A stretch of 64,000 nucleotides of DNA from Octopus sinensis (Eukaryota). A program made the position numbers and the translations under genes. The notes beneath the pieces are model-generated. The model was not told where the DNA came from. It searched no databases and worked only from the letters and a program-made list of their open reading frames with translations. The stretch is from positions 117,366,001 through 117,430,000 of the forward strand of contig NC_042997.1 in the NCBI RefSeq assembly GCF_006345805.1, in the 5' to 3' direction. Below, piece after piece: positions 12,176 through 64,000 of the stretch (position 1 is its first letter; each line of letters starts with the position of its first letter).

Positions 12176-12879
12176 TATCTGCTATAGAACTCAGTATGTT
12201 GGCTGGAGTGGATGGATATGTTTATTATATCAAAAGTTGACAAGCTACTCTCTTGGACGAAGCGCTTCACTTAGAGTAAACTGCCAAATTTTGATATATT
12301 GAAAACGTATGTATATGTATATATGTGTGTGGGTGTGTTATTGGGTATAGCCTTTCGTAAACTTTACCCTGAGTGTTCATAATTATTGCCCAGATAATCT
12401 GCATAAATTGAACAGAAATGAGCTCAGCGAAATAACTTGGATAGGGGTATGTATATGGACAACAACATAGGAGTATCACAGGTTTTTCAAATACCATACA
12501 GCATCAATTCTTGAATTCATAATTGTGTGTGTGTGTGTGTGTGTGTGTAGTAGGTAGGTAGGTTGACTGACTGACTGACTGACTGATTGATTGATCAACA
12601 TTATGCAGAGTTTATAGCAGGTTATGTATTATAAGTGTAAGTCAAACTGCGGCAGAAAACAATACCTTGGTTTCAAACCTGCTTCAGCTGCTCTATCAGA
12701 TCTCAAAGCATGGCGCGTGAAATTCGGCAGACAGAAACTGTTTGGAAGGGAAACAGTTCCAATGCACTACATGATAGGTTTCTTCCGTCACCCGGTTCGA
12801 CGCCACAACAAAATCACCTCCCACCCTTATTCGAAGTGTCATCTGCGCTGTACTTCTGACAAATGCATTATAAGGGCAG

Positions 12880-13290
12880 CGAGCTGGCAGAATCGTTAGC
12901 ACGCCAGGCGAAATGCTTAGCGATATTTCATCTGCCGTTAAGTTCTGAGTTCAAATTTCGCCGAGGTAGACTTTGCCTTTCATCCTTTCGGGGTCGATAA
13001 ATTAAGTACCAGTTACGCACTGGGGTCGATGTAATCGACTTAATCCGTTTGTCTGTCCTTGTTTGTTCTCTCTGTGTTTAGCCCCTTGTGGGTAGTAAAG
13101 AAATAGGTATTTTATCTGTCTTTATGTTCTGAGTTCAAATTCCGCCGAGGTCGACTTTGCCTTCCATCCTTTCGGGATCGATTAAATAAGTACCAGTTAC
13201 GCACTGGGGTCGATGTAATAGACTTAATCCCTTTGTCTGTCCTTGTTTGTCCCATCTATGTTTATCCCCCTATGGGCAATAAAAAAATTA
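12880..13290 (+). mobile_element. SINE family B, head-to-tail dimer immediately upstream of exon A
   Basis: Head gcgagctggcagaatcgttagcacgcc, B-box GAGTTCAAATTC, core gtcgactttgcctttcatcctttcggggtcga, tail gccccttgtgggtagtaaagaaata. Other copies at 2255-2450, 7460-7645, 9510-9710, 11630-11835 (-), 16060-16270 and 57570-57980. Confidence 0.85.
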
Positions 13291-13378
13291 TTATAAATAT
13301 TTAATTCAATTTGAGAACATTTTATTTTACCTGATGCTATTCATGAATTTTTATGAGGATTTTGTCTTTATTTTTCAG

Positions 13379-62055
<48,677 letters not shown>

Positions 62056-62109
62056 GGGAAGAGAATAATCCTGAATATTTTCATTGATTCGCCTCAATTT
62101 CAATAATGA

Positions 62110-62388
62110 TTGATTATATATATATTCATTCAAATACATGTGTATATATATACATATATTCATATATGTATATATATACACATATATACTTATATTCATA
62201 TACAAATATTCGTTTATATACATATATACATACATATATACTATATATATATATATACATTTTTATATATGTGTATATATACATTTATATGTATATATAT
62301 ATATATACATATATTCATATATATATATATATATATATGTATGTATATATATATATATATACATTTTTATATATGTGTATATATACAT

Positions 62389-62419
<31 letters not shown>

Positions 62420-62458
62420 CATATTCATATATACTATATATATATATATTATATATAT
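62110..62458. repeat. (TA/CA) low-complexity tract in the TRPC 3' UTR
   Basis: Direct reading; begins about 55 nt after the stop codon. Confidence 0.9.
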
Positions 62459-62486
62459 GAAAAACTGAGATAATACACAACCAGTC

Positions 62487-62492
62487 AATAAA
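62487..62492 (+). promoter_or_regulatory. Candidate polyadenylation signal (AATAAA) in the TRPC 3' UTR
   Basis: AATAAA about 430 nt after the stop. The hexamer is common in AT-rich DNA and the UTR may extend further. Confidence 0.25.
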
Positions 62493-64000
62493 AATAGCAA
62501 CTAAATTTGTTTTTAATTGCATTTATGTGGAATTAATTTGAACAATTCAGTAATCTATTTTTTAACCAAATTTTCTTCAAATATCCAATGAGAACTCTTT
62601 CAGATGCTTGTTAATTGTTAATGATTAGAGACAGAACAAGGAGAAAGATTTATAGGCAGACAATCTGAAGAAGTTTTAATTTACAGTTTACGTAACTTCC
62701 TCTATTCTTTCAAGTATAACCTCATTCTGGTACGCCTTGTCTCAAATTATATTTTGTTGTGAATTTTGTGTGCACGAATGTGTAAAAGAGGATATATTGA
62801 ACGTAAGAGAAAGCTCGAATGTGAGTGATATTCACTCAACAATTTGTTATACATGAACTATATATCCGATATTGTTAAAATTCCTTTACTCGAGAGTTAA
62901 ATTTGGCCTTTGTTATTGGATATAACATTGTATGCTGAGATTTGTAAACACAACATTACGTCTAATTTTGGAATGGCGGATGTAGTTCTTGTTGCATAGT
63001 GCCACAGACAAACAACCACAACTTTAGTCCACCGGAAAGATAGGATTCCTCGCTATTAAAATTAGTTCTGAGTTACAACGTCGTCTTCGTGTTAAAGAAA
63101 AATCTGTTATGTCTTTCAGTATCTTGCCAATCCTGTCTACACAACTTTAGGTATTGATTATGTTTAAAACAGACATGCTTTCATTTGAGAAAGATTAATT
63201 TTGGGATCAAATCTAGTTCCAAAAAAAAAAGAAAAAAAAGGAACTTATATACAAATGTCAACAAAATTTTGGAAGAAATCGTTAGTTATTTACCCGAAAC
63301 TTGGAGATGAATATAATTGTTTATACGATGTATGACTGGATACTTATATTCCAACGTTCTAGATTTCTGCTTCTACTTCATTTGTCCGCAGTATAATATA
63401 AAGCAATGTCAATGTTTAACCTCTATGATTTTGGAAGCTTCATTTTGCCTAAAATGAGAAAATATAAAAGTACATATATATATTATACATATATTATATA
63501 TATATATTATATATATATTATAGCAATGCTAAATGCAACCTAAAGATTCTATATAGGTAACTTTAAAGACTAATTTTGTTCACTGCCTCGATACGTCTTC
63601 TGAAAGTTCAGTTTTGTCACTTGTCTGGTATAGTTGTGTAACATTTATCTACAAAAGAGCTTGCATCAACAAACGCACATGTTTAAACACACATATATGT
63701 ATTTAAACACATACATATATCTATGAACATAACTATTTATACATAAATATACGTACAAAATCTACTATTGCATTCGTACATGCAAATCTATTAATGCATG
63801 GTTTAATGCAAATAATTCTTTTTTTTATTTTTCAAGTTTTTTTTTTTTTTTTAGAAAATAAAGGAAGGGTGAAGAAAGTAGAGAAAAAAGTGTGGAATTT
63901 CTAGTGTAAAAAGTAATAAAATTTTTATTAATATCGATATTGGTCTTGTTTGTTTATTCATAAAGCGTTGACTATTTTGTACGGGTGAGTTGACAATTGT

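Overview
AT-rich, microsatellite- and retroelement-dense eukaryotic DNA. The repeat types and large introns suggest a coleoid cephalopod such as Octopus (inference, no search run). The main feature is a + strand TRPC-family (canonical TRP) cation channel gene. I reconstructed 12 coding exons from 13379 to the stop at 62055. All have GT-AG boundaries and mutually consistent phases, and they join into about 752 aa covering the pre-S1 helices, S1-S6, the VFWSLFG pore, the EWKFAR TRP box and the C-terminal coiled coil. I did not find the N-terminal ankyrin-repeat exons; they probably lie upstream of the window. The introns hold a near-intact Tc1 transposon, a CR1-group LINE, Penelope-like (GIY-YIG) fragments, Dong/R4-like and Tx1/L1-like LINE fragments, non-autonomous Helitrons, MITEs and at least four SINE families. 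The least expected signal is about ten hammerhead-ribozyme-like motifs. They share the CUGANGA/GAAA core but have unrelated, self-consistent stems. Three look structurally complete: 6949-7016 (-), 18251-18296 (-) and 52532-52577 (+). Several sit in long inverted repeats, and one inverted repeat's loop copies nearby intron DNA. All RNA structures were folded by eye and need computational and experimental confirmation.
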